The position numbers were made by a program, and so were the translations under genes. The notes beneath the pieces were generated by a model that was not told where the DNA came from, made no database searches, and was given only the letters and a program-made list of their open reading frames with translations. Shown here piece after piece: positions 1-13,792 of a stretch of DNA of 64,000 nt (the first letter of the stretch is position 1; the number at the start of each line of letters is the position of its first letter). The DNA comes from Tubiluchus corallicola (taxonomy: Eukaryota > Animalia > Priapulida), in NCBI GenBank assembly GCA_030141605.1, contig JAQGDQ010000849.1, positions 1 to 64,000 of the forward strand, written 5' to 3'.

Positions 1-270
1 TTTGGAAACAACTTAAAAACCACTAAAGCTATAAACGTGTAACTTTCGCAGACGAAAGCCAATATAATGCAACATAAGAATGTGAAATATCAACTTTGTT
101 GGGTTCTTGCCTCCAATATCAATGTAGTTTAAACTTCGGAAAATTTCGGAAAACTTCGGAAAACTATCCCTACCCGATATAACCGAAAAGAAAATTGAAA
201 ATCAAATCAGTGAGGAATTTATGAAACAACCTGTACTATTGTGCCGTGTCCTTTATGGTTGTGACACCTG

Positions 271-400
271 TATTATTATATTAACCTTATATACCTGATT
301 ATGATACCTATATTATTATATTAACCTTATATACCTGATTATGATACCTATATTATTTGATTAGTCTTATATACAAGATGTAATGCCTGCATTATTATAT
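271..400. repeat. 40-bp tandem repeat, ~3 copies
   Basis: TATTATTATATTAACCTTATATACCTGATTATGATACCTA x2 plus a degenerate third copy. Confidence 0.85.
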
Positions 401-465
401 TAGTTCATTGGCCTTTCTTAGTTGAATTTGGACACAAATGTAATTAGTGCTGCTAGCCTTGGATT

Positions 466-2530
466 AACCTTAAAGGGAAAGACGAGTCACTTAGCGTGTT
501 GGTAACTTAAAGGGAAAGACGAGTCACTTAGCGTGTTGATAACTTAAAGGGAAAGACGAGTCACTTAGCGTGTTGGTAACTTAAAGGGAAAGACGAGTCA
601 CTTAGCGTGTTGGTAACTTAAAGGGAAAGACGAGTCACTTAGCGTGTTGGTAACTTAAAGGGAAAGACGAGTCACTTAGCGTGTTGGTAACTTAAAGGGA
701 AAGACGAGTCACTTAGCGTGTTGGTAACTTAAAGGGAAAGACGAGTCACTTAGCGTGTTGGTAACTTAAAGGGAAAGACGAGTCACTTAGCGTGTTGATA
801 ACTTAAAGGGAAAGACGAGTCACTTAGCGTGTTGGTAACTTAAAGGGAAAGACGAGTCACTTAGCGTGTTGGTAACTTAAAGGGAAAGACGAGTCACTTA
901 GCGTGTTGGTAACTTAAAGGGAAAGACGAGTCACTTAGCGTGTTGGTAACTTAAAGGGAAAGACGAGTCACTTAGCGTGTTGGTAACTTAAAGGGAAAGA
1001 CGAGTCACTTAGCGTGTTGGTAACTTAAAGGGAAAGACGAGTCACTTAGCGTGTCGGTAACTTAAAGGGAAAGACGAGTCACTTAGCGTGTTGGTAACTC
1101 AAAGGGAAAGACGAGTCACTTAGCGTGTTGGTAACTTAAAGGGAAAGACGAGTCACTTAGCGTGTTGATAACTTAAAGGGAAAGACGAGTCACTTAGCGT
1201 GTTGATAACTTAAAGGGAAAGACGAGTCACTTAGCGTGTTGGTAACTTAAAGGGAAAGACAAGTCACTTAGCGTGTTGATAACTTAAAGGGAAAGACAAG
1301 TCGCTTAGAGTGTTGGTAACTTAAAGGGAAAGACGAGTCACTTAGCGTGTTGATAACTTAAAGGGAAAGACAGTCACTTAGCGTGTTGGTAACAAAGGGA
1401 AAGACGAGTCACTTAGCACAAAACCACACACAAGGAAAGACAGTCCTTAGCGTGTTGATAACAAGGGAAAGACAAGTCCTTAGAGTGTTGGTAACTTAAA
1501 GGGAAAGACGAGTCACTTAGCGTGTTGATAACTTAAAGGGAAAGACGAGTCACTTAGCGTGTTGATAACTTAAAGGGAAAGACAAGTCGCTTAGCGTGTT
1601 GGTAACTTAAAGGGAAAGACGAGTCACTTAGCGTGTTGATAACTTAAAGGGAAAGACAAGTCGCTTAGAGTGTTGGTAACTCAAAGGGAAAGACGAGTCA
1701 CTTAGCGTGTCGGTAACTTAAAGGGAAAGACGAGTCACTTAGCGTGTTGGTAACTTAAAGGGAAAGACAAGTCGCTTAGAGTGTTGGTAACTTAAAGGGA
1801 AAGACGAGTCACTTAGCGTGTTGGTAACTTAAAGGGAAAGACGAGTCACTTAGCGTGTTGGTAACTTAAAGGGAAAGACGAGTCACTTAGCGTGTTGGTA
1901 ACTCAAAGGGAAAGACGAGTCATTTAGCGTGTTGATAACTTAAAGGGAAAGACGAGTCACTTAGCGTGTTGGTAACTTAAAGGGAAAGACGAGTCACTTA
2001 GCGTGTTGGTAACTTAAAGGGAAAGACGAGTCACTTAGCGTGTTGGTAACTCAAAGGGAAAGACGAGTCACTTAGCGTGTTGGTAACTCAAAGGGAAAGA
2101 CGAGTCATTTAGCGTGTTGATAACTTAAAGGGAAAGACGAGTCACTTAGCGTGTTGATAACTTAAAGGGAAAGACAAGTCGCTTAGAGTGTTGGTAACTT
2201 AAAGGGAAAGACGAGTCACTTAGCGTGTTGGTAACTTAAAGGGAAAGACGAGTCGCTTAGAGTGTTGGTAAGTTAAAAGGGAAAGGCGAGTCACTTAGCG
2301 TGTTGGTAACTTAAAGGGAAAGACGAGTCACTTAGCGTGTTGGTAACTTAAAGGGAAAGACGAGTCATTTAGCGTGTTGATAACTTAAAGGGAAAGACAA
2401 GTCACTTAGCGTGTTGATAACTTAAAGGGAAAGACAAGTCGCTTAGAGTGTTGGTAACTCAAAGGGAAAGACGAGTCACTTAGAGTGTTGGTAAGTTAAA
2501 AGGGAAAGGCGAGTCACTTAGCGTGTTGGT
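466..2530 (+). repeat. 37-bp minisatellite, ~56 copies
   Basis: Unit AACTTAAAGGGAAAGACGAGTCACTTAGCGTGTTGGT, head to tail with no spacers; degenerate near 1370-1480. Confidence 0.98.
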
Positions 2531-3001
2531 TTTATTTTGCTGTTACCACTTAAATTCAGAAAAATATAACATAGAAATTTGCAAAGTAGCTGTCTGTAAA
2601 GTATAAAGCTAATTTCTACTACCGCTGCACAGAAAATTTTCACGCTCGGTAACAGTCGCCATTCACTTGACAATTATGACGTAACTGGTGCACTTCGTGA
2701 CTTTTCGTAAATGCGCGCTGCTTGAACTAATTCAAACTTCTGCAGCTTACTTAATGTTCATGCAAAAATGTTACAAAATTAGCTGTGTACTTTGCAAAAA
2801 CTTTTGACGGAAACTGACATTGTGCTGCTTTTCTTCAGTCGATGAATGACGTCAGTGGTGGAAGAATTTGGCGTTCAAAATAGAAGCGCTCGGGCGTGAA
2901 CCGATCGCCACTTTAGAGTAACTTTACTAATTATGCCAAGCGCGTGTCATACTTTTGTTACTAAATTTTTGTCACAGTTCCCACAGGGCTTGGTTTTTCC
3001 T
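2500..3001 (+). mobile_element. Kolobok-like non-autonomous DNA transposon, family C
   Basis: TTAA|AGG...CCT|TTAA ends; interior homologous to 44005-44526, 53954-54345 (reversed) and 18440-18636. Confidence 0.75.
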
Positions 3002-4349
3002 TTAACTATATAACTGCATGTACTACACCTACCTTGAAATACACGTACAGTAACAGTTAAATACCATGTCCTGATTTCATTGTTAGACCCAGTAATTTAT
3101 AATTTTAATGTTTGTACTCTTGTATACTTTTGCCAGAAAACGGTTTGGCAAATGAAAATTTTAATTCGTTCATTTTCGAATAAGCCAGCTTTGTTTTCGT
3201 TTGCTCAACCTGTTGTAGTCATCTGTAGCTTAGTCTGGCTTCATTTTATTTGTCCTTGGCATTACCAAATGTTAGCATGTATTTTACATTGAGGCGCATC
3301 AGGTGAAGCCAGTGATCACGTGACCGCGCGTTGATTAGCAGTTCCTGTATTGTATGTAAACATCACTTTAATTCGCTAATCCCTCGCGTTGCGCAAGGGG
3401 ATTAGGCAAAATGGCAAGACGTACGATGCTTTGATTAGTGATGATTGTGCCTGTCTACTGCGCATCGTGTTTGCGCAGGTGTAGCTGCAGCGCTTAGATC
3501 GGCTGGTGTTTTTGTCCTAAGAATATTAGTAAAACAGAAATAAACTAGAATCGAACCGAATCTGTCGTTGAACTTCCACTGAAGACCAACTTACTCAGCT
3601 TATTTTTGATAAGGAAACACATTCCAGTCCTGCCACACTCATCCATATTCTACATTTAAGTAACGCGTTGCCAATGTGAGCTTGTCTAAATATAAAAAAC
3701 ATGTCCATTTTTCACATCAAACTTTGGCAGCAAGCATGACTAGGGTCAAAGACGTGTACACTCATTTCCCTTGTGCAGACGATGATAACGTTGTCACAAG
3801 GCGGGCTAGATAAACCGGATGAACCGCATGAATGTGTACATGCTGCTCTAAGAGGCAAATAGAGCCAACAGAGCGACTTCCAATATAACAGACTAGCGGC
3901 ACAGGAACGTTGCGAGAAATATATGTGCAGTGTGCGGGGTAAGAGTTGCCGTCGCCGTTGAAACGGATATAAATGTGCTTTCTGAAGCAGTTGCCCTAAA
4001 TTTGATTTTAGATACTGAATTAGTAATGAGTCGTCATGTAATGAGAGATATCCACATTAATGAAAATGTGCTAAAGTACGTTCACTAGAAGATGTTAGGT
4101 AGGTTTGGTTTTACTGCTGTGTCTTATCCTAACAGACCTTTAGCTTTGAATATGTTGAGAAGAGAGAAGAATTCATCATGATCTAAAAATGTGCTACAAT
4201 ATTATTCATAGGGAAAATGACTTGGATAGAAATGCATTTTTTTTACCCATGCTCCTAGAATTTCTAGGGATCATTGCCACAAGCTATGTAAATCGATCTG
4301 TGTCGTCTGTGATGTTAGTATCAGTATACCATATCTTAACATTTGTTTA

Positions 4350-4848
4350 TAAAAACAACTTTCGATTTGACTCTGTTGAACACTTTTTGTTGCACTGCCA
4401 ATTGTATCAACAAACTAGGGTTGTTATGTTTGATAAACTAAATGAAATACTTCTGCCTGAAAACCTTAATATAGCTGCCTTAGGAACTAATGATCTGTTG
4501 AAGTCGTTATTGTTCGGAAAAGATGAATTTAACTATGTTGCTAACTGTAAAATATTCCAATGCATACATGACTTTATATTACGTACTAGACGCTTCTAGT
4601 AGTTTCTATCTGATATGAAATGCATCAGTCTTAAATATTCGTACATTAATATTTTCTAACCGTCATTTTCTACTAATGTCTAATGTAATCTTGTAGTAAA
4701 ACTTGCCAGCTTGCGTAGTTATATTCTATTCTTACTGTAAATGTTTTTGTAAATAGTGTGTATAGACTGTTGAGGTGAGGACTTAAATCATGTTTTTCAA
4801 ACTGTCTGATCCATTCCTATAATAAATTATGTTTAAACTAAACTAAAA
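4350..4848 (+). mobile_element. 5'-truncated CR1-group LINE 3' end
   Basis: DSVEHFLLHCQLY...LLFG...IFQCIHDFILRTRRF* resembles CR1-group ORF2 C-termini; 3' UTR with AATAAA and an (AAACT)n tail. Confidence 0.7.
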
Positions 4849-5256
4849 TAACTTTGCGCACGGCCGGTTCATGTAGTATTTAACGTGTATTGCTTTGCCA
4901 ATGTACCTTGTATGTATTTGTGCAAATAAAACTAAATTGAATTGAAATTGAATTGCAGCTCAACATTCGCTTGCCAATAGAGTTGTCAAGTACTGACTTT
5001 CTCTTCCTGAACGTGTACATGGGTCTCCACTGGTAAATGCTGCCTCCAGTAATTTGTCTAGTCAAGTAACGTTTCAAAACGTTTGTATTTCTCCAGACAT
5101 GTGTAAGCAGTAATAATACGCTTTATGGCTGTCCCGTGAAGATTTTAATCTGTCTTCGTTATTATTGTACATACTGTATTGTTCTATGCATTTAAATTTT
5201 ATGCTATGTATGGATACTGTAATAAATAAATCAATAAATAAATTGCAGGGTATCTG

Positions 5257-5526
5257 GTCGCGCGCGCCGCTTTGCAGCCGCTCCGGCATTAATCCCCTCG
5301 CGGAGCATGAAATCGTGTGAACAAAGTTCATCACGCAAGCGCCTGTTTGATAACTTTTCTCAGGCGAGCCGTTTAAAAATAGTTTGTACTGTTTGGCGTC
5401 GCGCGCGCCGCTTTGCAGCCGCTCCGGCATTAATCCGCTCGCGGAGCATGAAATCGTGGACAAAGTTTATCACACAAGCGCCTGTCCGATAGCTTTTCTC
5501 AGGCGAGCCGTTTAAAAATAGTTTGT
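5257..5526. repeat. ~141-bp GC-rich direct duplication
   Basis: TCGCGCGCGCCGCTTTGCAGCCGCTCCGGC...TTTAAAAATAGTTTGT occurs twice. Confidence 0.9.
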
Positions 5527-6322
5527 GAAGTGTGTTTCTGTTGCGACGTGTTTTGTCAAGAACAGATCAATATGGTTACTACAACCACCAGCTCCTAGCT
5601 GTACGTTACGCGCTGCCTGGCTTCTTGCACCGTCTAATCTACGCGATCGAGTGGCGATCGGAATGCCGCCAGAGATTACTTAACAATTACCAGGTTATTA
5701 GCCAGTGATGCAGTGAATGTTATTGTTGCGCATAGGAAAGATGATCAACTCTCGATGGTGAATGGAACGCATTAAATTTATATGCATACAGATTGACGCT
5801 TGTTGCTGAGTTTGTCAGATGGCAACTGCTTTTCAGGAAGCCATCCACTCAAGGGCATGGGCAGGAAGCCATCTACTCATAAGTTAATGGGCATCTGACA
5901 TGTAGAATGTTTTGCAACAATTAACGTCATATTTTGCGATCCAGTTAAAATGTGACAGCCTAAATCGTACAGTTCTTATAAACACTTTGTTTATGTTCAA
6001 CTGTGTCGTTATTTTGTTTACAGTGGACAAATTCATTGTCTAGAATGGTCGCCACTGGACACTGGTCATTTTTGTCCAGAGTTACTTTAACACGTTCATT
6101 GTTTTAGAGTGCTACTAGCCTGTTACTGCATCTTAACATGTTGTTTGAGCCAATGAGCTGCTACTCATACATTGATTGGTACAGAGAAAATTAATGTAAA
6201 CGTTGGAAGATCTTAGGACACGTTGTTTTACAGGGTAGATCTTAACATGTTTAGCTAAAGAACTCAGTGTCAGTTAAGCTTTAATAAAATTATAGATACT
6301 GTAAATGTGAACTAAACATACT

Positions 6323-6720
6323 TCCACCTCTCACTCCAGTGACTCCACCTAACTGTATCTCCATTACTCACTTCAGTGACACCTAATGGTACCTCCATCA
6401 CTCACTCCAGTGACACCACCCAACTGTACCTCCGTCACTCACTCCAGTGACTCCACCTAACTGTACCTCCATCACTCACTCCAGTGACTCCACCTAACTG
6501 TACGTCCATCACTCACTCCAGTGACTCCACCTAACTGTACCTCCATCACTCACTCCAGTGACTCCACCTAACTGTATCTCCATTACTCACTTCAGTGACA
6601 CATAATGGTACCTCCATCACTCACTCGAGTGACTCCACCTAACTGTATCTCCATCACTCACTCCAGTGACTCCACCTAACTGTACCTCCATCACTCACTC
6701 CAGTGACTCCACCTAACTGT
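6323..6720. repeat. 37-bp minisatellite, ~11 copies (unrelated to the 466-2530 unit)
   Basis: Unit CACTCACTCCAGTGACTCCACCTAACTGTACCTCCAT. Confidence 0.95.
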
Positions 6721-7037
6721 AGTTCCAGTCTTCAAAGTAAAGCGGCAGCATGACAATTTACAGATTTATGACTTAAGCCTTCTGTAAATAATTAATAGTC
6801 CACCGTGCTTTTACAGCTATTGGCTTAGATGGTACTTGTCTTGGTGTTCACAAATCGTTCATGCATGTTTTGCTCTGTGTGTATTGTTTATAGCCTTTTT
6901 GTCCAATATGCATGTATTGCCTGTTACAGATAAAACACAGATGCACTGATGATGTTTTTCGGAAAATAAGGAAAAGCTTGACATGTTTTTATATGGCGAG
7001 GCATTATGTTCGACTTTTCTTTCTTTCTTCTTCACAG

Positions 7038-7137
7038 GTGGATGAAATCCGGGCGAGCATCGACAAAATACAAGCAAATGTGGAGGAGGTTAAAAAGAAA
7101 CATAGTGCCATTCTCTCATCAACTCAGACAGACACGA
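7038..7137 (+). CDS. STX1A: Syntaxin-1 internal exon (Habc Ha helix; equivalent to human exon 3); gene 5' end not found in window
   Basis: ttcttcttcacag|GTG...ACG A|gtaagt; encodes [33 protein letters not shown]; 100 nt, phase 0 to 1. Confidence 0.96.
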
Positions 7138-7217
7138 GTAAGTTGGAAAAACTAGTAAAGAAGCATTTGAAACTAAAGTAGCTGGTGATTCCGTCAGTTT
7201 TAGATAATGCATAAAAT

Positions 7218-8400
7218 GACAGTCCTTATTTATTTTCTCGCTTAACGATGCCAATCCACCAAAGAGATAGTCCGTTTTATTATCTCGCTTAACGATGCCA
7301 CTCCACCAAAGAGACAGTCCTTTTTTATTATCTCGCTTAACGATGCCAATCCACCAAAGAGACAGTCCTTTTTTATTATCTCGCTTAACGATGCCAATCC
7401 ACCAAAGAGACAGTCCTTTTTATTATCTCGCTTAACGATGCCAATCCACCAAAGAGACAGTCCTTTTTTATTATCTCGCTTAACGATGCCAATCCACCAA
7501 AGAGACAGTCCTTTTTTATTATCTCGCTTAACGATGCCAATCCACCAAAGAGACAGTCCTTTTTATTATCTCGCTTAACGATGCAAATCCACCAAACAGA
7601 CAGTCCTTTTTTATTATCTCGCTTAACGATGCCAATCCACCAAAGAGACAGTCCTTTTTTATTATCTCGCTTAACGATGCCAATCCACCAAAGAGACAGT
7701 CCTTTTTTATTATCTCGCTTAACGTGCCAATCCACCAAAGAGACAGTCCTTTTTTATTATCTCGCTTAACGATGCCAATCCACCAAAGAGACAGTCCTTT
7801 TTTATTATCTCGCTTAACGATGCCAATCCACAAAACGCCTTTTTATTATCTTGCTTAACGATGCCAATCCCCAAAGAGACAGTCCTTTTTTATTATCTCG
7901 CTTAACGATGCCAATCCACCAAAGAGACAGTCCTTTTTTATTATCTCGCTTAACAATGCAAATCCACCAAAGAGACAGTCCTTTTTTATTATCTCGCTTA
8001 ACGATGCCAATCCACCAAAGAGACAGTCCTTTTTTATTATCTTGCTTAACAATGCCAACCCACCAAAGAGACAGTCCTTTTGTCCTTTTTTATTATCTCG
8101 CTTAACGATGCCAATCCACCAAAGAGACAGTCCTTTTTTATTATCTCGCTTAACGATGCCAATCCACCAAAGAGACAGTCCTTTTTTATTATCTCGCTTA
8201 ACAATGCCAATCCACCAAAGAGACAGTCCTTTTTTATTATCGTGCTTAACAATGCCAATCCACCAAAGAGACAGTCCTTTTTTATTATCTCGCTTAACGA
8301 TGCCAATCCACCAAAGAGACAGTCCTTTTTATTGTCTCGCTTAACGATGCCAATCCACCAAAGAGACAGTCCTTTTTATTGTCTCGCCTAACGATGCTAG
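7218..8400. repeat. 48-bp minisatellite, ~24 copies, starting ~80 bp after a syntaxin donor site
   Basis: Unit TCTCGCTTAACGATGCCAATCCACCAAAGAGACAGTCCTTTTTTATTA. Confidence 0.97.
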
Positions 8401-8547
8401 CCCGCCAAAGCGTGACATTAAGTGGGACATCGTTAAACGAAACCAGTAGAAAGTAATGGAAAAGATACGTTCCAGAGGCAGGCGTATGACACACCGCTGT
8501 CAATAACCAATGCAAGAAGGTGCACCTCAGTCAATGCAAGGTGTTAA

Positions 8548-9339
8548 AGGAAAACGGGACAAGTATTCTTAAACTTAAACTTAGAAAAAGGTGTCAAATG
8601 TTTAGCGTCGTTAAAATGAAACGTTCGTCGCTAAAGAGAGAGTCATTAAGCGAGGACTTGTTATGTAATCAGCAATTAGTTTAACAAACAACAAAGCAGG
8701 ATTTTTTCAGCTTCTGTGAAACTAGCAAACTACTAATTAATGTGATTCAGAGATGACGAATAGCGAAAGTTGCTAACAAGTCAGCTAAAATAAGACTAAA
8801 ACGCACAAGCATACGATATATCGTAGTCAATAACCAATGCAATTTCACGTTCGCGCCACTAGTTCTTCGCTGTTACGGGCATTTCGCTATTAGCTAGTTA
8901 GACTGGCACTAGCGCCTGCATTTCGGAAATGCATTGCACAAAAAACAGGTGCTGTACCTCTCAGTTCAGATGTGTTAGCTTGTGATGGAATACACGCGTT
9001 TGACAGCTCATGCGTGAGCACAGCGGTAAATTTGAAATTTGAATTTTTATCTTAAAACTTGCCTAGTCTTAGTACAACATAGTGAATATCTTACAGTAGC
9101 ACTGCACTTCAATTTTCGCCTTTGCACACACGTACAACACGCTCGTGGAATATTTTAGCTGTTGAAGATTATGTTAGTTTGTGGTGTCATCTCAATAGTT
9201 GGGCTCGCCAGCCGTTAATTAAGTTTTAATCTATTATTTAATTATCAGAATCGCTTTTACAGTATTAATTGTGTTAAAATGTAAACTTTTTATCATCCTC
9301 AAAAGTGGGGTAGTAGATGAAAAATCATGCTGTCTTCCT
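8548..9339 (+). mobile_element. Family A copy, interrupted near its left end by other sequence including a pogo-like MITE end
   Basis: TTAA|AGGAAAACGGGAC near 8548; family A homology resumes ~8840 and ends GTCTTCCT|TTAA. 8585-8660 matches 34464-34530 reversed. Confidence 0.7.
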
Positions 9340-10349
9340 TTAAGCAAATTTCAACCGATCATGAAATTCAGCCGATCAGTCACTAGTCCTCAATCCGAAC
9401 TTAATCGCTCCACGCGAAGCTGCATTTGAGAGATTTGTTACTCGGTCTTAAGCATCGCTTGAATGCCTCGCAATGTGCTACTTTGGTCATTACTGTGTAA
9501 TAAAGGCAAAAATCAGCGAATGTTTGGGCTTCTCCAACTCGAACTGCTCACGTTTCTGCTCTCTTTAAATGCCATTCAAGTGAAAATTACTTCCTCCTGA
9601 TTGATCGGGGACGGATCCAGTCGTTAGTTTTACGTTCCAGTGAATGGGGCGCCTAATCTATCCGGACTGCTGTCGCCTCCTTTTAGCTATTCTGGCTCTT
9701 CCTCTTAATAGTTCGTCACTCTTCATTCTGGCCGGAAATTGCATGGTAGACAAGCAGGAGTGTGTAAATTTCTGCTCTGCTCGACTGTGTTGCACTGGTA
9801 TGTGTATTGGACAAAGTCATTAAAATTGTTAACCTTTCAGTACGCATGTTTAATCAAAATTTACCAGTTAAGTACAATTTTATGTTTATGTTGGATCTTA
9901 TTAATACTGTAGTTTAAAAAGGAGTTTCATCTGACAGATTTCCTGTTTGTAGATCTATAAAAAAATTGACAAAGTTTGGCACTTTTCGGGAGTGGTGAAA
10001 TGAAAGCACTGTCTCTGCATTTTTTGTTTTACATGTCCTAATAACGTACTTTTTTGCGTTGACATCACTAACGTAATTTTTTTGCTAATCTCACAGGTCA
10101 CTTTTTAGCTTCCTGTGCCAAACTTTGAAAGTGTCTAACTTGTGTTACTTGTCCCAGAATCCCAATGTGCAAAACTTACTTATTATATTACATCGTTGTT
10201 ATTTTTTTAATTTTACAGTTGCCAATTGATAAGAATTCAAATTAATCTCCAGCAATTTCAATATTAATTATTACACATCCTGTTTCAGAAAACCAAGCTG
10301 CTTAAATACTAGCACTACTAACTTACACTTTTATCGTAGTATTATGAGT

Positions 10350-10866
<517 letters not shown>

Positions 10867-11348
10867 ACTTTGTTATTGACACTGCTGCATATTGTTTTTG
10901 CATAAGACAACTATGAAACTGTCCTTGAATAGAATACGGGCGCCCTACTCACTCGCATATTTGACAATATAGACTCCATTGGAACTGGAATAAACAAGTT
11001 AGTGCCAAAATTAGAATGAAACATGTTATTTGAAAACATTTTGTCCAAGTTTTCAAATTCAAAACCGTTGTTAGGTATGGTTTGATAATTAATATGATTA
11101 ATTAACGGTGATAATAATTACTCTGTTGTTGTAAATTGCCTAGCACAGAAATTCTGAGTTATACAATGCAGTTTTTACACACATTCTGTACAACTTCTTC
11201 CAGTAGTCAATACAGTCATACCTATTTGTATCGTCTAATTTGGGACCACAAAAAATGTTAAACGAGTTTGGATTATAACGAAGTGCAATAATACTTATGT
11301 ATCTATACAAATATAAAGATTTTGTTTTGCCAAAAATTTTGACATTAA

Positions 11349-11976
11349 AGCAAAACCGGACTCAATCATAAACTGCAGGTCAAAACAATCTACCCTTTAA
11401 AATATTGAAAGGAAACATACTATTTTTTCAAAAACGACTTACATGAAAGAATTTTTATCACGCAAACACAATTTCACATTTGCGCCACTAGGTCTTTGCT
11501 GTTATGTGCATTTTGTCATTCGCTAGTCAGACGTTCACTGGTGCCTGCATTTCGAAGATGCATTGCACAAAAAACAGGTACTGTACCTCTCAGTTCAGAT
11601 GCGTTAATTTGTGACACACGGCACACATTTGACAGATCATGCGTGAGCACAGCAGTAAATTTGAAATTTGAATTTTTGTCTTAGAACTTGCCTAGTTTTA
11701 GTACAACACACTGAATACACTGAATGTCTTACAGTAGCACTGTACTTCAATTTCCACTTTCACAAACACGTGTAACATGCTCGTGGAATATTTTTGCTGT
11801 TGAAAATTATGCTAGTTTGTGATGTCGTCACTAGTTGGGCTCTCCCACCGTTAGTTAAGTTTTTAAACTATTATTTAATTATCAGAAATGCTTTTGCAGT
11901 ATTAATCATGTTAAAATGTAAACTTTTTACTGGACTTGAAAATGGGGTAGCATATGAAAAATCATCCTGTCTTCCT
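11349..11976 (+). mobile_element. Kolobok-like non-autonomous DNA transposon, family A (~0.6 kb)
   Basis: TTAA|AGCAAAACCGGAC...ATCCTGTCTTCCT|TTAA; at least 8 related copies in the window. Confidence 0.8.
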
Positions 11977-12060
11977 TTAAGCAAATTTGGCATTATGAAG
12001 GGGGGGGGGCGGCGTTGTAACTATGTTTGACGTATCTCGTCATATTTTTCTTTTTTTCAG

Positions 12061-12135
12061 AGGATAAAGAAGAGTTGGAAGAGTTGATGGCAGAAATAAA
12101 GAAGATAGCTAATAAAGTCAGGGGCAAATTGAAAG
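12061..12135 (+). CDS. STX1A: Syntaxin-1 internal exon (Hb helix)
   Basis: ttttttttcag|AG GAT...AAA G|gtagg; (K)DKEELEELMAEIKKIANKVRGKLK; 75 nt, phase consistent with the previous exon. Confidence 0.96.
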
Positions 12136-12234
12136 GTAGGCCAGCGTGCCGGTAAAAGTGACAGATTTATTATCTGCACTGCTTGCTCACTTGTTTCATT
12201 AGTTTCGTGTGAAATTTATGGACTGCACGTTTAA

Positions 12235-13090
12235 AGGACAAGAGAAGGGACCTGTAGTAGCTTTCAGAAAAATTGTCTTAAAAATGATATTACTTTACAG
12301 CAATTTTATACGTACATTGTACTCGCGTTGAGAGAATTTTTGTTTGTTTTCATTTTAAACATCCCGCAATACTGTTCCGACCGCGAAATTACATGACGTC
12401 ATATATGCACAATGTAAATCAGGGTGAGAAAAGGAAATGTTAAACTATGTCCCAAAAAACTTTCCGTGCAAAGTTATGTTACTTAGCATTTGGCTTACCT
12501 GTTTGAAAATTATTAATTACTTAAAATGTTTTCATGAAATGGTAAAATGTCATTGACTCTCCCTCCAGGGTGCACCACTTACTAACCATAAAGCATATTT
12601 TTAATCTTATCGACAAGATCAGTAATTTCAAATTTTACTTAGTTAGTGACATGTGCGCTACGAATGCTCTAATCATTTTTTCAAACTTTACTCAATGTTT
12701 TCTAAACTGGTTTCAATCGATTTATTGTCAAAATGGCTGCGTCTAACGGTCATCGCGGGAGTTTAAATTTACAGGTTTTATACAGCGTTACTGCCGAGGC
12801 AAACCCTGTATGCAAAAAGGCAGTATGTAAGCGGTATAAAATTTGAAGATGAGTTTTTAAGCTTTATGTAAGTGGAGGGTTTTCTTGTACTTTACGTAAA
12901 AGCAAGTGAACTTATAAACGCTGTACATTCTGGTAGAATATTTCATTTATAATTCAGATTAAAATCAACTCTTTACCCGCTGCTGTTTATTTTGCCAAAG
13001 AGTAGCGATGTTGAGTGTTTTTTGAAATTGTGTTTTTTGAAGTAATTAAAGTGTCTCACTACCTCTGACATTCCATTTCTCATTTGTCCT
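12235..13090 (+). mobile_element. Kolobok-like element, family G, filling most of a syntaxin intron
   Basis: TTAA|AGGACAAGAGAA...TTCTCATTTGTCCT imperfect TIRs; interior (CTAACGGTCATCGCGGGAGTTTAAATTT) recurs at ~21430-21950. Confidence 0.6.
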
Positions 13091-13172
13091 ATTCTGAAAG
13101 CAATGCTCTTACAGTTTTCAAAATTTAAATTTTTAATTTTCATTTCCTTAATTTGTTTTTCTGATCTTTTAG

Positions 13173-13246
13173 TTATCGAACAAAATATAGAACAAGAAGA
13201 ACATTCTAATAAATCATCGGCTGATCTTAGGATACGTAAAACCCAG
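13173..13246 (+). CDS. STX1A: Syntaxin-1 internal exon (Hb-Hc linker)
   Basis: tcttttag|TT ATC...ACC CAG|gtgagg; (V)[24 protein letters not shown]; 74 nt. Confidence 0.96.
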
Positions 13247-13594
13247 GTGAGGACTTTGCGTTAAAGACATACAAACTATTATTTTTTAGCAAATTATTTT
13301 AGCAGACGACAGCACACAAACATTGTAAACAGTGCTGTGTATAGTTCATTATCGTACAACACGTAGTAGTGGTGACATCTGTTGACGAGAATGGGATGTG
13401 GTGTAAGCTTGTGCCCTTGTAAGCGTGAGTATTTTTTGTCTCATCACTTTTGTAGTAGTAACACTTGGACACGTAAGTTTATTATTCTATTTTGTGCGGT
13501 GCAAATGCTTGTATAAATTCTTATATTCTAGTACAAGTTTTTAATAATCGTTGGATTATTTTGCAGTTGCTTAAGTGCTATTTACAGCAGGTTC

Positions 13595-13792
13595 TCAATA
13601 CATGTATATATAGGTAGCTAGGCAGCCCTATGTAGCATTCAAAACATGTTAATATAGGTTAGTTAGGCAGCCTTATGTAGTATTCAATACATGTATATAT
13701 ATATATATATATATAGGTAAGTAGGCAGCCCTGTGTAGCACTCAAAACATGTATATATAGCTAGCTAGGCAGCCCTATGCAGCATTCAATAC
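13595..13792. repeat. ~44-bp tandem repeat, 4 copies
   Basis: CATGTATATATAGGTAGCTAGGCAGCCCTATGTAGCATTCAAAA variants. Confidence 0.85.

Noticed and set aside
466-2530. CRISPR-like appearance of the 37-bp array (also the 48-bp and 64-bp arrays)
   Set aside because: Units are head to tail with no unique spacers, there are no cas genes, and the context is a eukaryotic intron or intergenic region.
1-7037. Syntaxin-1 coding exons 1 and 2
   Set aside because: No KDR-type N-peptide or FMDEFF-type exon found by eye; probably upstream of the window.
11496-12030. Recurrent similar short ORFs (also 23149, 29373, 35938, 53502, 60281)
   Set aside because: They recur because they lie in copies of non-autonomous families A and B; frames and stops are not conserved and no transposase motif is present.
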